From assembly GCA_018401695.1 (NCBI GenBank), contig JAGYKD010000001.1:348016-412015 (forward strand): a stretch of DNA of 64,000 nt, in the 5' to 3' direction. The notes under the pieces are model-generated. The model made no database searches, had not been told where the DNA came from, and worked only from the letters and a program-made list of their open reading frames with translations. The stretch is from Flavobacteriales bacterium. Lineage in GTDB: Bacteria; Bacteroidota; Bacteroidia; CAIKAF01. Positions 53,967 through 63,518 of this stretch are shown piece by piece. Numbering within the stretch: position 1 is the stretch's first letter; each line of letters opens with the position of its first letter. The position numbers and the translations under genes are program-made.

Positions 53967-55264
53967 GCCTTTCCTAAGGCCTGCTTATAGGTATCTATGG
54001 CACGTTGCCGTGCCATTTTGTGCTCCACCATAGGTTTCGGATAATTCAAGCCGTCTACTTCCGGCACCCACTTCCGTATATACGCTCCTTTGGGGTCAAA
54101 TTTTTGTGCCTGAGTTTCGGGATTAAAGACTCTAAAATAGGGAGAAGCATCACAACCGGTTCCGGCAACCCATTGCCAATTTCCATTGTTGCTGGCCAAT
54201 TCAAAATCAAGCAGCCATCGAGCAAACCAAGCCTCGCCTAAGCGCCAATCCAAAAGCAAATGCTTCACCAAAAAACTCGCCGCAATCATCCGCACGCGGT
54301 TGTGCATAAACCCGGTGGCCTTGAGCTCACGCATCCCTGCATCCACAATAGGATATCCGGTATTTCCCTCGCACCAGCGCTCAAAATCCTCGGCATTGCT
54401 GCGCCAAGGTATGGCATCATATGCGGGACGGTAAGCCCCATCCACTACATGAGGATTGTGCCACAAAATGTGCATAAAAAATTCCCTCCAAGCCAACTCC
54501 TTGGTGAAGGTGAGGCTTAAGGCTTTTGCCCGATTTACCAATTGCCTGGGACTTACGGTCCCAAACCTTAGGTGAATCCCCAAATGCGAAGTCGCATCTA
54601 AAGCCGGAGTATTACGCGTTTCGGCATAATCTCGAATGATTTGGTCCCTCACTTGGGTTGAGGGAAACTCAAAGGCACAGCCTTCAAAACCCATAGAGCT
54701 TAGCCCGGGCATTTGGACTGAACTCATGGTAGCCCATCCCTCAACTTCCCCTGAAGGATACTCCGGAATTCCCTCTCCCTCCAGTTTAGTCAGCCATACT
54801 TTGCTAAAGGGTGTATAAACGGCATAGGGCTTGCCACTGCCGGAAGCAATTTCGTTAGGAGCAAAGAGCACCTGGTCTTTAAAGAAATACGCGGTAGTCC
54901 CCCTGGCTTTAAGAAAGGAGCTTATATGCATATCACGTGTTCTGGCATAGGGCTCATAGTCTTCGTTCGCATAAACGCCCTGAATAGTATACTCGGTGCT
55001 TAAGCTATCCCATACTTCAATGGGTGTACCATAACGTACCTCCATACGGCCTCCCTTGCCTTCTATCTTTTCTTTGATTTGTAAAACTTGACGATGCAAA
55101 AAATTCACCCGGCGATCGTCTGTATCCTCCAACTTTTCGAGAATGTTGCGGTCAAAAATAAACAGGCCAACAACGTTTCCTTCCTTCAAGGCATGGAACA
55201 AACCATGATTATCTTCCAAACGCAAATCGCGACGAAACCAAAAAAAACACACGGGATTATTCAT
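53963..55264 (-). CDS. phrB: Deoxyribodipyrimidine photolyase (class I CPD)
   Basis: WFRRDLRLEDN, LRFGTVS, WREFF, TGYPIVDAGMR, MHNRVRM, NNGNWQW; start 55264 or 55270. Confidence 0.95.
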   Translation of the reverse strand: MNNPVCFFWFRRDLRLEDNHGLFHALKEGNVVGLFIFDRNILEKLEDTDDRRVNFLHRQVLQIKEKIEGKGGRMEVRYGTPIEVWDSLSTEYTIQGVYANEDYEPYARTRDMHISSFLKARGTTAYFFKDQVLFAPNEIASGSGKPYAVYTPFSKVWLTKLEGEGIPEYPSGEVEGWATMSSVQMPGLSSMGFEGCAFEFPSTQVRDQIIRDYAETRNTPALDATSHLGIHLRFGTVSPRQLVNRAKALSLTFTKELAWREFFMHILWHNPHVVDGAYRPAYDAIPWRSNAEDFERWCEGNTGYPIVDAGMRELKATGFMHNRVRMIAASFLVKHLLLDWRLGEAWFARWLLDFELASNNGNWQWVAGTGCDASPYFRVFNPETQAQKFDPKGAYIRKWVPEVDGLNYPKPMVEHKMARQRAIDTYKQALGKA

Positions 55265-55425
55265 GTGCATAGAAGTTCCGAAGTGCCCCGATTGTTCATA
55301 AATAGCAATGAGGCGTCGCCCACTCATCATTCACCGTGCATCAACCGGAGGAAAAACATTTTGGGAGAATCGAAGCAACCCTAAAAAGAGATTTGTATAC
55401 TGGAAGAAGTCGGACTAAGGTAGGC

Positions 55426-55656
55426 TTATCGCTTAGCAGCCAGTTCCATCAAAAAATTTATCATGCGGAGGGCAATAGTTTCTTCATCTTGTGGCAAGTT
55501 GGGTTGCATAGGGGAAGTATAACTTCTTCTGCTTAGCTGGCTTTGATTGCTGCATGAGTCCCCTTTAAGCAAATATCCGAAAATACCAACATTTAGCCCT
55601 ACCACGACCAAGAGGGCTAAGCCCCAAAAGCACCTAAGAAACAGATTCTTTTTCAT
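55426..55656 (-). CDS. Small hypothetical membrane or secreted protein
   Basis: 76-aa ORF, MKK followed by a hydrophobic helix, fills an intergenic gap. Confidence 0.5.
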   Translation of the reverse strand: MKKNLFLRCFWGLALLVVVGLNVGIFGYLLKGDSCSNQSQLSRRSYTSPMQPNLPQDEETIALRMINFLMELAAKR

Positions 55657-55750
55657 GGAAAAAATTAGGATATAAAAGTACGGATTTTTCTAATTGTAGC
55701 AAATTGGGCCTGTTAAACCTCTAAAAAGCTTAAAACAAGATGCCCATATT

Positions 55751-55919
55751 TGGAAGATAAAGCGCCCCTGACCGAGCCGGTAGCTGTTGGAAGCCCGAGC
55801 CTAGCAGGCCTTAAGCCACGGAGGCCCCAACCTATAATCGGGAGGGGACCCCGTAGGCTTTAGAGCTGCTTGGCTTGGGCAACAACACTAAAGGGGAGGG
55901 CGGGTTAAGGCGCCCAAAA
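55751..55919. repeat. Dispersed hairpin element E8 (subfamily B); inverted copy of 49322-49490
   Basis: TGGAAGA...GCGCCCC...GGCGCCCAAA; roughly 85-90% identical to reverse-complemented E7 by manual alignment. Confidence 0.9.
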
Positions 55920-55922
55920 GTC

Positions 55923-55948
55923 AAAAAAAAACCGCCCTATTGGGCGGC
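55923..55948 (-). terminator. Rho-independent terminator
   Basis: A-run followed by CCGCCC-TATT-GGGCGG, directly after the stop at 55954. Confidence 0.75.
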
Positions 55949-55953
55949 TCAGT

Positions 55954-58098
55954 TTAAAAAGATGGGAACTTATATCGCTGGTCTTCCACTCGATAAGCAT
56001 TCTCAACGGCAGTAACCGCAGCACGAGGAATGGCCATGCGCAGCTGACCGCTCATTTGCGCGCGCTGTTGCTGATAATCAGGCAAATCCGGGGCAATGTT
56101 TCGTTGATTTGTCACCGCTACAAAAACCCCGGCGTTGCCGCGTATAGGTCCTTGAAGCGCATTGAATGGCGCACCGAACAAATGGCCCACTAAATTTTGT
56201 TCCATGCCCAACTCAGGAATGAAACCATTGGCGGGAATGTTTTCCAAGGTGCTCACCGTAAGGCTTAAAGCTGAGGCTACCTGGTCAATACTTGAAGAAG
56301 AGGCCATAGCTGCTTTCATTTCCTCTTCAAACTTCTCCGCTTTTTTGTTGCGAATGGCGTCTTGGCGAACGCTATAATACACATCTTCAAGGGAAGGCTG
56401 ACGGTTACGGATATTACTCACCAAGCACACCACAAAAGTATTTCCGGCGCTCAGTACGGGCGACACGGCACCTGTTTGGTTTTGCAAAGCCCAACGGGCA
56501 ATTTCGCCGGATTCGTCTAAACCACGTAAGCTTCGGGACGAGGGGTCAATGTCTTCGGGACGAATGGATGCCTTACCTAGGCGCTGTGCTTTCTCAAAGT
56601 AAAGCACGGCGTCGGTATTCTCTATGCCTGCTTCGGAGGCAAACTCAGAGGCCTTTTTGAAGGCTGCGTCGCGGGTTTCTTTGCTGGGTTCAATTTCGCG
56701 CACAATTTGTGCCACCAATACTTTTTTCTTGGCTTCGCTGTAGCGTGTTTGCTTCAGAATATGGAATCCACCGCTGGAATTTGCAGCAATGTAAGGACGT
56801 TCGATAGCCAAATAGGCAGAATCTAAAAACTCAGGAACCTCCGGCATCTTGCGGCTGATCCAACCCAGGTTTCCGGAGTCACGCGCTGCCTCAGGCAATT
56901 CGCTGTATTGCTTGCTTAAAGTCCAAAAGTCGGCACCGGCATCGAGCAAATCCACCAAGCTGTCGCGCAAAGCACGTTTGGCCTCCACTTCTTCCTGACT
57001 GGTGGGCTGTAAAAAGATGTGGTGCATATACATGCTGTCCGGCTCCAAACGCTCAGCCACCTTCTTGGCCAAAACAAACTGTCCACTCTCTACTACCGGT
57101 CCGGCAATGGTGCCGTTTTCGGCGTTAAAGAGCAGAGAATCGAAGGAAGCCGGCAGGGTGTTCTCGGCATAATATTGGGGGTTAGCGTACTTGTCGTCGC
57201 TATTGCTCACAGAAAATAGCGTATCGTTTTCGGTAGTGGCAAACTCAGCTTGAAGTCCCAACAAGTCATTTCGCAAAAGGGCAGAATCGCCGGGAGTAGG
57301 AATGGCCGGGAAAGCTGCATATTGAATGGAACGTCCCGGTTCCATTGTATACTTCCAGGTTTCGTTGCGAAATTGCGCTTTTATGTCTTCATCGGTAACG
57401 GTAACCGCGGTGTCCGGCAGTGAAAAGTAGGAACGAAACACATAAGCTCCGGTCAAATTGTCGCTACCTTCATGATACTGACGCTTGGCCATGCCGGAGG
57501 GCACATAAACGGCTTTTTCGATAAGGTTTAGGTATTTGCCGCTTAAGCGGTCTTCCCGAATGGCTTCTTGGAGTCCGGCCCATTGGCTGCGCGCCTGGTA
57601 AAAGCTACGCTCCTGTTCAGGATCCATTTCGGCAGGAGGATTTGCAAACTGATTATTAAACGAAGCTACCTGATCGGGGTTGAATTGACCGGTAGAAGGA
57701 TCGGTAAAGTATTGAATAATCAAAGGATGCACCGTTTTCCCGGTCAACATATCCTTTAATTCGGCTAAGGTTACCCGCAAACCGGCCTTTTGGTATTCCG
57801 GATGAAAAATGAGGGTGTCTTTTAACTGCTTCCAGGTTTGGTTGGACAATTGCTGTTGCAAATCTTGGTCCATTTCCACCGAGGGGTTAGACATTTGAAA
57901 GTCGTTGACCACCCTATTGTAGAGCATGCTAAAATCGTTGACGTGCACTTCTTGCCCGTCGATGTAAGCTACAGCGGTTTGAGAGCTGTTGCTTGCCAAC
58001 CTGGGGATTAGTTCTCCCAAAATAAAGGCCAGCATAGAAACTCCAATCACCACCAGCAGGAGCGTTCCCCGCTTACGTATGCTACCAATTACTGCCAT
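55954..58098 (-). CDS. PpiD/SurA-N domain peptidyl-prolyl isomerase
   Basis: MAVIGSIRKR.TLLLVVIG..MLAFILGE N-terminal anchor; parvulin-like HIFL...SE....SGNLGW. Confidence 0.85.
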   Translation of the reverse strand: MAVIGSIRKRGTLLLVVIGVSMLAFILGELIPRLASNSSQTAVAYIDGQEVHVNDFSMLYNRVVNDFQMSNPSVEMDQDLQQQLSNQTWKQLKDTLIFHPEYQKAGLRVTLAELKDMLTGKTVHPLIIQYFTDPSTGQFNPDQVASFNNQFANPPAEMDPEQERSFYQARSQWAGLQEAIREDRLSGKYLNLIEKAVYVPSGMAKRQYHEGSDNLTGAYVFRSYFSLPDTAVTVTDEDIKAQFRNETWKYTMEPGRSIQYAAFPAIPTPGDSALLRNDLLGLQAEFATTENDTLFSVSNSDDKYANPQYYAENTLPASFDSLLFNAENGTIAGPVVESGQFVLAKKVAERLEPDSMYMHHIFLQPTSQEEVEAKRALRDSLVDLLDAGADFWTLSKQYSELPEAARDSGNLGWISRKMPEVPEFLDSAYLAIERPYIAANSSGGFHILKQTRYSEAKKKVLVAQIVREIEPSKETRDAAFKKASEFASEAGIENTDAVLYFEKAQRLGKASIRPEDIDPSSRSLRGLDESGEIARWALQNQTGAVSPVLSAGNTFVVCLVSNIRNRQPSLEDVYYSVRQDAIRNKKAEKFEEEMKAAMASSSSIDQVASALSLTVSTLENIPANGFIPELGMEQNLVGHLFGAPFNALQGPIRGNAGVFVAVTNQRNIAPDLPDYQQQRAQMSGQLRMAIPRAAVTAVENAYRVEDQRYKFPSF

Positions 58099-58248
58099 GG
58101 TATCTTGCTTTGCGTCTTTTAGTATAAGGGCACGAATATACAATGAATTTGGCAACCCTCAGCGCCTCCTGCCATTTGCGATGTGCTTTTGTTTGGCTTG
58201 GGTCTACATAGGCTAAGCTAGGGTATATCCTCCGCGGTTTTGAAGAAA

Positions 58249-59538
58249 CTAGTCTTGGCTCATTACCCTCAACTCCACCTCGTCGATTCGGGTGTTGCTC
58301 ACCCGAAGCATGCGCAAAACAAAGCCCGCAGCGTGAATTTCCTGGCCTTGTTGCGGCAAATCCTGATGGTGGTGCAGCACAAAACCGGCCAAGGTCTCAT
58401 ACTCTTCGCTTTCAGGAATGCCTAATTCGTACTTATCGTTTATATAATCTACTTCCAAGCGGCCCGACAAGCGGAACAGCCCTTCTCCCAATTGCACGTC
58501 CACCAGCGCTTCCTTGTCGTGTTCATCCTCAATCTCTCCAAAAATTTCTTCAATGATGTCTTCCAAGGTCAAAATGCCGGCAGTTCCACCATACTCATCA
58601 ACCACCACGGCCACGGAGCGGTGCTGCTGAATAAACAGCGTCATGATGTCTTTAACCAGCATGGTTTCCGGAACAATAAGTACGGGCAACAAAATTTCAC
58701 GAATAGACTGCGGCTTGCGGAACAAGTCGAAACTGTGCACAAAACCAATGATTTCGTCGATGCCCTCCTTGTAAATCATGATTTTGGAATGGCCGGTAGA
58801 GATAAACAAGCGCCTCAGCTCGTCCAATGGGTCTTCTACTTCCAAGGCCGCCAATTCGGTGCGTGGCACCATGCATTCACGGGCTTTAACGCTTGGAAAA
58901 TCCAGGGCATTCTTTAGAATTTTCACTTCATGCTCCACTTCAGCCTGTTCTTCTCGGGCTTCCTCAGTAATTTGGCGCAAATAATACCCCAAATCGGTCT
59001 TCTCTAAGCTTACTGCCTCTTCTTCCGTCTCTACTCTGAGTATGTATTTAAGGATGATTTTACTAACGGCCACCGTAAACGTAACGGGCAAATGGAGCAG
59101 GTAATAAAACAAAGCCATGGGCACCGCCATACTTTTTAGCATGGCGTTGGGGTTGAGGCTAAACACCGATTTGGGCACGTATTCAGCCAAAAACAAAATC
59201 AGCAAAGTAGAAATCAGGGTTTGTGCAATCAACACCGGCAGCTGCACCGAGGTCCCAAAATAACCCATCAGTCCCTGTTCCAGCAGAGGCTCCAGCCATT
59301 TGGCCATAATGAGACTGTAGAGCACCAGCGAAATATTGTTGCCAATAAGCATGGTACCAATAAACCGCGAAGGGCTTTTGGTGACCCGCCCCAGCAATCT
59401 CCCCTGCAAGGAATCGTGAATTTTATCCAACTCCAGCTTGAGCTTATTGCCGCTTACATAGGCAATTTCCACTCCCGAAAAAAAAGCGGACAAGGCAATG
59501 GAAAACAGCAAAATGAACACTTCGACGTAGGTCAACAC
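58249..59538 (-). CDS. HlyC/CorC (CNNM-CBS-CorC) family membrane protein
   Basis: SAFFSGVEIA, LIGNN, EYVPK, MVPR, VDEYGGTAG..TLEDIIEEIFGEI; start uncertain (GTG 59538 assumed). Confidence 0.9.
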   Translation of the reverse strand: MLTYVEVFILLFSIALSAFFSGVEIAYVSGNKLKLELDKIHDSLQGRLLGRVTKSPSRFIGTMLIGNNISLVLYSLIMAKWLEPLLEQGLMGYFGTSVQLPVLIAQTLISTLLILFLAEYVPKSVFSLNPNAMLKSMAVPMALFYYLLHLPVTFTVAVSKIILKYILRVETEEEAVSLEKTDLGYYLRQITEEAREEQAEVEHEVKILKNALDFPSVKARECMVPRTELAALEVEDPLDELRRLFISTGHSKIMIYKEGIDEIIGFVHSFDLFRKPQSIREILLPVLIVPETMLVKDIMTLFIQQHRSVAVVVDEYGGTAGILTLEDIIEEIFGEIEDEHDKEALVDVQLGEGLFRLSGRLEVDYINDKYELGIPESEEYETLAGFVLHHHQDLPQQGQEIHAAGFVLRMLRVSNTRIDEVELRVMSQD

Positions 59539-59596
59539 GGTAGTCAAATAAAAAGTAAAGGTACAAAAGGAATGCATGTGGAGGTTAGGGGATGTC

Positions 59597-59774
59597 GGGC
59601 CCCGGCTCCGTAGAATCATGGTCTATTCTATCCGCCCCTGCGGCGGTGCGGCTTCCCCTTGCCCACGCCTGCGCAAGTCTTCCGGGGTCCCCCGTACCTT
59701 CAGGGGCCTCCTCATCCTGCGCATGCGGGGCTCGGGTTTGCCGGCCCCTCTGCCGGGCGGGGGGCCATTCTTTA
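59597..59774. repeat. Dispersed GC-rich hairpin element E9 (subfamily A)
   Basis: GGGCCCCGGCTCC...CCGGGGTCCCCC..GGGGCCTCCTC...CGGCCCCT...GGGGGGCCATTC. Confidence 0.85.
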
Positions 59775-59804
59775 TGGAATTGCTAACCTACAGGCGCGGC
59801 AGTC

Positions 59805-59830
59805 AGAGACGGGAGGCATCCCGTCTCTAC
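59805..59830 (-). repeat. GTAG-type REP palindrome
   Basis: Minus strand GTAG-AGACGGGA-TGCC-TCCCGTCT-CT. Confidence 0.7.
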
Positions 59831-60312
59831 CTCATCATCCGCAACACCATGTCGGCCACCGCCGGACAGCAGGCGGCATTTTTGCGGGTTAAATCCAAGA
59901 CTTCTTTCATTTGAGGGTGGTCTGTGTGGGGATACTGCCTGCAAGCTTTTGGTCTGTAATCGTAAACGCTGCAATGCTTGTCTTCGCCCAAAAAGGGACA
60001 GGGAACGCTTTGCAGCACCCAATCACCCTCATCATCTACTCGCAAATACCGGGCTTCGAACTCAGCGGCTTTAAGCCCTAAATGCTTAGCCAACCGTTGA
60101 ATGTCTCGGTCGGTAAACAAAGGACCCACCTCCGAACAACATCGAGCACAGGTCAAACAGTCCATGGCTTCGAAAGTTTGGCGGTGGGCCTCGTGAAATT
60201 GCTTATTCAAGGCACCGGAAGGCTGCTTTTTGAGCGCACGAAACCAAGCGTTTACCAGCTTTTGCTGCGACTTAATGAGTTGGAGTTTGGCTTCTTGCGC
60301 GGCAGCATCCAT
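59827..60312 (-). CDS. YkgJ family cysteine-cluster protein
   Basis: CLTCARCC, CPFL...CSVY..RPKACR.YPH, CP; ATG overlaps the upstream TGA. Confidence 0.9.
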   Translation of the reverse strand: MDAAAQEAKLQLIKSQQKLVNAWFRALKKQPSGALNKQFHEAHRQTFEAMDCLTCARCCSEVGPLFTDRDIQRLAKHLGLKAAEFEARYLRVDDEGDWVLQSVPCPFLGEDKHCSVYDYRPKACRQYPHTDHPQMKEVLDLTRKNAACCPAVADMVLRMMR

Positions 60313-61169
60313 CAATCCAATATCAGCACCAAATAGTCGCCGGAAGACCAAAAGGCCTTGCTGTCTTTAATCACCAGCTTTTCGACGCCTTTGTCGTTCT
60401 CCACCAATTGATACGAACTTGCCGGGTGCGTGGTAGCTAAACGCACTTTTTTAGCATTTATAGCCAATTCGGTGAAGTTACGCTTGTCCACTTGCGTAAA
60501 GTGGCTCTTGTTGAAATCGTCTTTTAGGCGTGCGCCCGATTTTGCAGTAAACAAACCTCCGGCGGTAATTACCTGCTTATCTTTTAACTCTTTAAATTCA
60601 CCCAAGGTGTAAAACGCCTTGTTCATTTCGTTTTCTTGTTCCTCAATTTTTTGGCCACGGTTGGCGTTCACTACGGCCAGGCTGTCGTAGGATTGAGTAA
60701 CTTCTTGGATTCTAATATTGAGTTGTGCCAATCGGGTTTTGAGGTCTTCAATTTCTACATCTTTGGCCAAGATGGAAGCTTGAAGGCTGGCAATGAGCTC
60801 GTTTAGATTTTTCATTTCGCGAGCATTTCCACGTACTCTTCGGTTGAGCGCTTCGATTTTTGCCTTATTCTCTTCCAACATGGTTTCGAGTTGAAAGAGG
60901 CCATCGGTAATTTGTTCACGGGCATTGTCGCCCAGCTCCGGATTGCTGGCTTCTTGTTCAATGAGGCCTTGGCGCTTTTTCACCTCGTTCATGGCATTTT
61001 GAATGGAGGTAAGGTCTCCGATATAGGAGTCCATTTCTTCTTTGCTGGTTAAGTTGGCCTGTTCCAGACTATCGATTTGGGCTTGCAGCCTTTCTTTTTC
61101 GGGATCTGCTCCACCGCCACAGGCAGCCAGAAGCGATACAGCAAAGAGGGCGATGATGAACTGTTTCAT
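60312..61169 (-). CDS. Coiled-coil lipoprotein (Cbp1-like conserved Bacteroidota family)
   Basis: Lipobox LAAC; long heptad repeats; N.AFY..G..KELK...HPASSY.L...FWS..YLV C-terminal domain. Confidence 0.8.
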   Translation of the reverse strand: MKQFIIALFAVSLLAACGGGADPEKERLQAQIDSLEQANLTSKEEMDSYIGDLTSIQNAMNEVKKRQGLIEQEASNPELGDNAREQITDGLFQLETMLEENKAKIEALNRRVRGNAREMKNLNELIASLQASILAKDVEIEDLKTRLAQLNIRIQEVTQSYDSLAVVNANRGQKIEEQENEMNKAFYTLGEFKELKDKQVITAGGLFTAKSGARLKDDFNKSHFTQVDKRNFTELAINAKKVRLATTHPASSYQLVENDKGVEKLVIKDSKAFWSSGDYLVLILD

Positions 61170-61305
61170 AACTAAGAAATAGGATGTTTATTTAAACAAA
61201 ATTAGTGGCAATTTTACTCATTACCCAATCTGGTCTTATTTTCGTAAATTCCTATAAATCTTGGGGTTTAGGGCACAAGAAACAAAGCCTTACCTTTATA
61301 CATGC

Positions 61306-61758
61306 ATGCATTGGCTAAAAACACAAGCAGAAAAATCAAACCATAAAGCAGCTCAGGACCACTGTCCTTTAGTGGTGTACGATGGCGTTTGTCGATTTTG
61401 CAACGGCTCCGTGCAATGGCTATTAAAGCGTTCCGGAGGAAAAACACTTCGGTTTATGGCTTGGCAAAGTAGCCACAGGTTAAGCTATATGCCCTTTAGC
61501 AAAAAGGAAGAAAGTCCGGAGAGCTTATGGGTTTTGAGTTCCGGGGGACAAAGCTACCGAGGCTCGGAAGCGGCACTCAAACTTGCTGAAATTTTAGGAT
61601 TTCCCTGGCATGTGCTGGCCTTTCCTGCCCGGCTTCTTCCGGTTCCTGCCAGGCAGTGGTTGTATCATCAGTTGGCAGCAAGGCGCTACCGCTTGTTTGG
61701 GAAGCATGCATCCTGTCCCATGCCTTCTCCTGAAGTACGCAAAAAATTCATCTTATGA
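61306..61758 (+). CDS. DCC1-like thiol-disulfide oxidoreductase (DUF393)
   Basis: YDGVCRFCNG DxxCxxC motif; RRYRLFGK..SC. Confidence 0.85.
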   Translation: MHWLKTQAEKSNHKAAQDHCPLVVYDGVCRFCNGSVQWLLKRSGGKTLRFMAWQSSHRLSYMPFSKKEESPESLWVLSSGGQSYRGSEAALKLAEILGFPWHVLAFPARLLPVPARQWLYHQLAARRYRLFGKHASCPMPSPEVRKKFIL

Positions 61759-62369
61759 GCAAAAAAGCAGCTTGGATCCTAGCCGCCCTTTTGATTTTTG
61801 CGGCAGGTTTTGGAACCGCCTGGTGGCTAAAACCGGGACCCAAAGTATACCTGGCTCCACCCGAAGGCATGCCTCAGTATTCCCATGATTTAATTTTAGG
61901 CAACCCAAAGGCTCCCAGGCTTGGCTTATACCTAAGTTATCGGTGCCCTTATTGCGAAGCGTTTTACCAGGAGTGTTGGGAGGAATTGTTAAGCGATTAT
62001 GTAGAACGGCAAAAACTTTGCTTGGTATTGCGCTTGATTCCGGGAGCGGGTAGTCCCCATGAACTGCAAGCGGCGCGCTATCTTCAATGCCTTTCCCCGG
62101 AGCATTTGCCCCAAGCCCATACCGCTTTGCAGGAATGGAAGAGCCGCGACAGCCTATGGCCGGAGGAAGCCCTGGCGAACTTTCAAAGTCCGGAGCTAAA
62201 GGCATGCATAGAAAAAGATGCGGTGCGTCGTTCGGTTTTAGCGGCCCAAATTCAAGCCGAAGAAGACGGCATACACCTCACGCCCGCCTTTTGGTTTCCG
62301 AATAAAGTGGTGATGGGCTACGAAGGCAAAAAGGCCTTTTTTGAGCGGGTGAGGGAAATGGTGGAATAG
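61755..62369 (+). CDS. DsbA-family thioredoxin-fold protein
   Basis: N-terminal anchor, LGNPKAP, CPYC, GI..TP cis-Pro. Confidence 0.8.
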   Translation: MSKKAAWILAALLIFAAGFGTAWWLKPGPKVYLAPPEGMPQYSHDLILGNPKAPRLGLYLSYRCPYCEAFYQECWEELLSDYVERQKLCLVLRLIPGAGSPHELQAARYLQCLSPEHLPQAHTALQEWKSRDSLWPEEALANFQSPELKACIEKDAVRRSVLAAQIQAEEDGIHLTPAFWFPNKVVMGYEGKKAFFERVREMVE

Positions 62370-63275
62370 TTACTCCATCCCAAACCCCACCCGAAAAGCG
62401 CCACGCACTTGATTGACCTCATAGCCGGTGGCTTGGTCCCCCGGATATAGCTCGGCAATCCTAGCCGACACCTCCGGGCCGGGAATTCCATGGCAGGCCA
62501 TGCACTTTTCTTCGGTAAGTATGGGATAGTAACCCAACACCCGGTTTCCGCGCACCTGCAATTCGGCCGATATTTCTTTTCCCTCGGCGTGGCGGGCTTT
62601 CCAGGCCTCCAAAAGCATGCGCTCTCTTTCGTCGGCTGCATTTAAAGGATTTCGGGGTTTATCGCTTATGCGCCGCACTTCTACTCCTTCGGCTTGGGCT
62701 ACGCTATCGGTAATGGGAAGGGCATGCAGGGTACAAAATTCAATGGCATGCAAGGGGCCACCTTCCTTCATTTTGGCCATCAAGCGTTTGCCTAGAGCGG
62801 CCTTTGTGGCTAAGGCAATGCGTCGGCCTTCTTCCAATCGATCGGTTTTGGAAGCCGTCGCCTCAGACAAAGCCAAAGCTTCGTTTGCCGAATGCTCAAA
62901 CAGCCACTCCGCCACCTCCACTTGTTGTTGCTTGCTGTATCCCATGGCAGGCATAAGGCCGTAAGCCTCTACGGCCTCCGGCATTTTGCTTTTTTCTGCA
63001 CTAGGCTTGGCTAAAAAGTCGGCCATATGCTGCACAAAAGCTTCCTGGTCCGAATAAGCGGTTAACCAAGCCCGGCGCACTTCCTCCAATCGGGGAGCCA
63101 CGCCGGTCGACTCTTCTTCCAAACCATGGCAGGTGGCACAGTTGCTTTGCACCAAAAGCCCACCGGAAGAAGGAGTTGCAGCATCTACCGGGTTAGGCTT
63201 AGAGGAAGTACCCGATGAGCAGGCCCCTAAGCTAAGCGCAAAAACAGAGACAAAAAATAGCTTCATGTGGTTCAT
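62370..63275 (-). CDS. c-type cytochrome lipoprotein with DUF3365/Tll0287-like domain
   Basis: Lipobox LGAC; two CxxCH motifs (CATCH, CMACH); AIEFC, KPRNP.N, YP.DQATGY...VRG. Confidence 0.88.
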   Translation of the reverse strand: MNHMKLFFVSVFALSLGACSSGTSSKPNPVDAATPSSGGLLVQSNCATCHGLEEESTGVAPRLEEVRRAWLTAYSDQEAFVQHMADFLAKPSAEKSKMPEAVEAYGLMPAMGYSKQQQVEVAEWLFEHSANEALALSEATASKTDRLEEGRRIALATKAALGKRLMAKMKEGGPLHAIEFCTLHALPITDSVAQAEGVEVRRISDKPRNPLNAADERERMLLEAWKARHAEGKEISAELQVRGNRVLGYYPILTEEKCMACHGIPGPEVSARIAELYPGDQATGYEVNQVRGAFRVGFGME

Positions 63276-63337
63276 AGTTCAAAGCTAGGCATCTCTCCGT
63301 TTTGGGACTATGACTTTTGTCACTGATGCTATAGAGG

Positions 63338-63518
63338 ATGGCCCCCCTGCCCGGTGGAGGGGCCGGCGCAGCCAAAGGCCGCGGAGGCCGGCTGAGGAGG
63401 CCCCCGAGCATTCGGGGGACCCCGCAAGCCATGCCTTCCGCGTGCCTTAGGGGGCGACGCACCGGAGCAGGGGCAGGATACGGAGGAACAAACACCCTAT
63501 GGAACCGGGGCCCAAAAA
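63338..63518. repeat. Dispersed GC-rich hairpin element E10 (subfamily A)
   Basis: ATGGCCCCCC...AGGGGCCG...GCTGAGGAGGCCCCCGA-GCAT-TCGGGGGACCCCG...GGAACCGGGGCCCAAAAA. Confidence 0.85.

Noticed and set aside
63311-63322. TGACTTTTGTCA as another activator site
   Set aside because: The spacer is one base shorter than the groES/miaB motif, and the adjacent gene has a TAGCTTTG housekeeping promoter.
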